Shown here piece after piece: positions 61,480 through 64,000 of a stretch of 64,000 bases of DNA (position 1 is its first letter; every line of letters starts with the position of its first letter). The translations under genes and the position numbers were made by a program. Origin of the DNA: Octopus sinensis (taxonomy: Eukaryota); contig NC_043003.1 in assembly GCF_006345805.1 (NCBI RefSeq), positions 30,628,001 to 30,692,000 of the forward strand, given 5' to 3'. A model generated the notes under the pieces. That model saw only the letters and a list, made by a program, of their open reading frames with translations, was not told the DNA's origin and did not search any database.

Positions 61480-64000
61480 AAGATTTTCTGGGCAGGGAAC
61501 ACTGACGGGGTTGGTGGCGTGGGTATACTTATCGCTGAGAAATGGATAGATAGAGTAATTGAGGTAATCAGAGTAAGTGACAGAATACTTAAGATTAGAA
61601 TAGTGCTTCATAATAGATTAGCAACCATTATATCGGCCTATGCCCCTCAGCCAGGGCTACCCGATGGACAGAAAGACAGTTTCTATGACACCCTACTGCA
61701 GACCACCTCATTGACGAACGACAGGGACCTTCTCTTTGTGGCTGGTGATTTCAATGGGCATGTTGGACGACATGCTGGGGGCTTCCATGGCGTGCATGGA
61801 GGCTACGGTTATGGTTCCCGCAACGAGGAGGGAACCAGGCTGCTGGAGTTCTGTGATGCGAATAGTCTTATGATCTGCAACACTAACTTCAGGAAACCAA
61901 CAAGCCACCTGGTCACCTACCGATCGGGCCGGCATACTAGCCAAATCGACTACATCCTCGCCAGAAAAAGGGAAAGATGGCTGCTTATAAATGCCAAAAC
62001 CTTCCCAGGCGAAGAATGCACCCCACAACATAGACTGGTAGTTAGTGACTTTAGGATCAGGACTAAGAGGGCGACTAGAAGACGACCAACTTGGAGAAGG
62101 GTCTGGAAGCTTAAAGACCCTGCGAATGGACAGAGATTTAGAGATATGTTACTTGAAGCCTTTGACGAAGTGGAAGGGGGTATAGCTACACATGGGGTAG
62201 AAGACAACTGGACGTTTCTGAGGGACAACCTGCTGAAAGCCGCTGACCAGATCTGTGGCTGGTGCAAAGTCCCCTTAAGACCCAAAATAACATGGTGGTG
62301 GAACAATATTGTTGATAGGGCTATTAGACAAAAGAAACAGGCTTGGAAGGCCTGGAAGAACGGTGGTAGCAGGGAAGTGTATCAGACTGCCAGAAGGGAA
62401 GCTAGGAGACAGGTCTATCTAGCCAGAGGGGAAGCAGATAAAAGAAAATTTGCCAATGTCCTGCGCCGTGAGGATGAAAGACTTGAGGTATTTCGTGTTG
62501 CAAGACAGTGTGTGAGAGAGAATCGAGATGTGGTAGGAGAGAAATGTGTTCGCATGGAGGATGGCTTACTTGCGCTAAATGAGGATGCAAAGAGAGAAGC
62601 TTGGAGACGCCACTATGAAAGGTTGCTGAATGAGGAAAATGAATGGGATAAAGAGAGTCTGCCGAATGTTGACCCAACAGAGGGACCAGCTATCCGAGTT
62701 GATAGTTCCGTGGTAGCTAAGGCAATTAGAAGCATGAAGACAGGGAAAGCCCCAGGCCCATCAGGAATTACTGCAGAGATGCTCAAAATATCTGGTAGTG
62801 TCGGCTATAGCATAGTCACCCGTATAGTTAACCAGGTGATACACGAAGGAGTCATACCCAATGACTGGTGTAGCAGCATAATAGTCAACTGCTACAAAGG
62901 TAAAGGCGATGCCCTAGATACAAATAACTACAGGGGCATCAAGCTGCTGGATCAGGTAATGAAGGTTACGGAGAGGGTTATAGCCCAGTTAATTAGAGAG
63001 AGAGTTAGCTTAGATGATATGCAGTTTGGGTTCGTGCCAGGGAAAAGTACTACTGATGCTATATTCCTGGTAAGACAGCTGCAGGAGAAATACCTAGCCA
63101 AAGGTAAGCCCTTGTACCTGGCTTTTGTTGACTTAGAGAAAGCCTTTGACAGGGTCCCCCGATCCCTTATCTGGTGGTCAATGAGGAAACTAGGGATAGA
63201 TGAATGGTTAGTGAGAGCTGTGCGAGCCATATACAGAGACGCAGCTAGTAAGGTGAGGGTTGGCAACGAGTACAGTGAAGAATTCCGGGTAGAGGTTGGG
63301 GTCCACCAAGGTTCAGTCCTCAGCCCCCTCCTATTTATCATAGTCCTCCAGGCAATAACGGAAGAATTTAAGACAGGATGCCCCTGGGAGCTCCTATATG
63401 CTGATGACCTTGCTCTAATTGCTGAGTCACTATCAGAACTGGAGGAGAAGTTTCAGGTGTGGAAACAAGGATTAGAATCGAAGGGCCTTAGAATCAACCT
63501 AGCCAAAACCAAAGTCCTAATAAGTAGGAAGGTGGACCAACCACAAACGACTTCAGGTAGATGGCCCTGCTCGATCTGTAAAAAAGGTGTAGGTAGAAAC
63601 TCTATAAGGTGCACCAAGTGTAAGCTATGGACACATAAGAGGTGCAGCAATGTCAAAGGAAGGCTAACTAAGAAAATAGTTTTTGTCTGTGGCAGATGCT
63701 CAAGAGAAATAAACACTGGAAATGTGCAGAGACCAACTTCTACCACGTTCCAGGGAGACAAACTAGAAGTAGTTGATAGCTTCCGTTACCTAGGAGACCA
63801 AGTCAGTAGCGGGGGTGGGTGTGCTGAAAGTGTAACTGCTAGAGTAAGAATAGCCTGGGCAAAGTTTAGAGAGCTCTTACCCCTGCTGGTGACAAAAGGC
63901 CTCTCGCTAAGAGTAAAAGGCAGACTATATGATGCGTGTGTACGTACAGCCATGCTACATGGTAGTGAAACATGGGCCGTGACAGCTGAGGATATGCGTA
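61480..64000 (+). mobile_element. RTE-clade LINE ORF (APE endonuclease plus RT with inserted PHD finger); 5'-truncated, open for ~840 codons and runs off the window
   Basis: Hand translation of frame 1 found no stop. Motifs [58 protein letters not shown] and FRYLG. Absent from the ORF track because it has no stop in the window. Confidence 0.95.

Overview
AT-rich, microsatellite-rich animal genomic DNA, not prokaryotic. The finger-only C2H2 genes and the SINE/RTE repertoire suggest an octopus or other coleoid cephalopod (inference; no database search was run). Host genes are three C2H2 zinc-finger (ZNF) genes, each with a single coding exon and no recognisable effector domain: ZNF-A 3811-5460 (-), 18 fingers; ZNF-B 21028-22413 (+), 15 fingers; ZNF-C 34221-34826 (-), 6 fingers. 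Each has a splice acceptor about 260-340 bp upstream of its ATG. The rest is transposon-derived. Two ~2.3-kb Helitron derivatives in inverted orientation (184-2466 and 38427-40799) bracket the ZNF cluster, with two more Helitron 3' ends inside it. A compact 4.2-kb LTR retrotransposon (44011-48207) has a -1 frameshift site and predicted pseudoknot but no target-site duplication (TSD) or canonical primer-binding site (PBS); it sits inside a 39-bp TIR element next to a 227-bp palindrome. An RTE LINE with an uninterrupted ~840-codon ORF and a PHD finger inserted in its RT runs from 61480 off the window end. There are also decayed RTE, Penelope, hAT/Buster, mariner and Merlin copies, tRNA-derived SINEs, several MITEs/foldbacks and a 597-bp tandem duplication. 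The best leads are the TIR/palindrome/LTR composite, possible Helitron-mediated transduction of ZNF genes, and the PHD-in-RT RTE.
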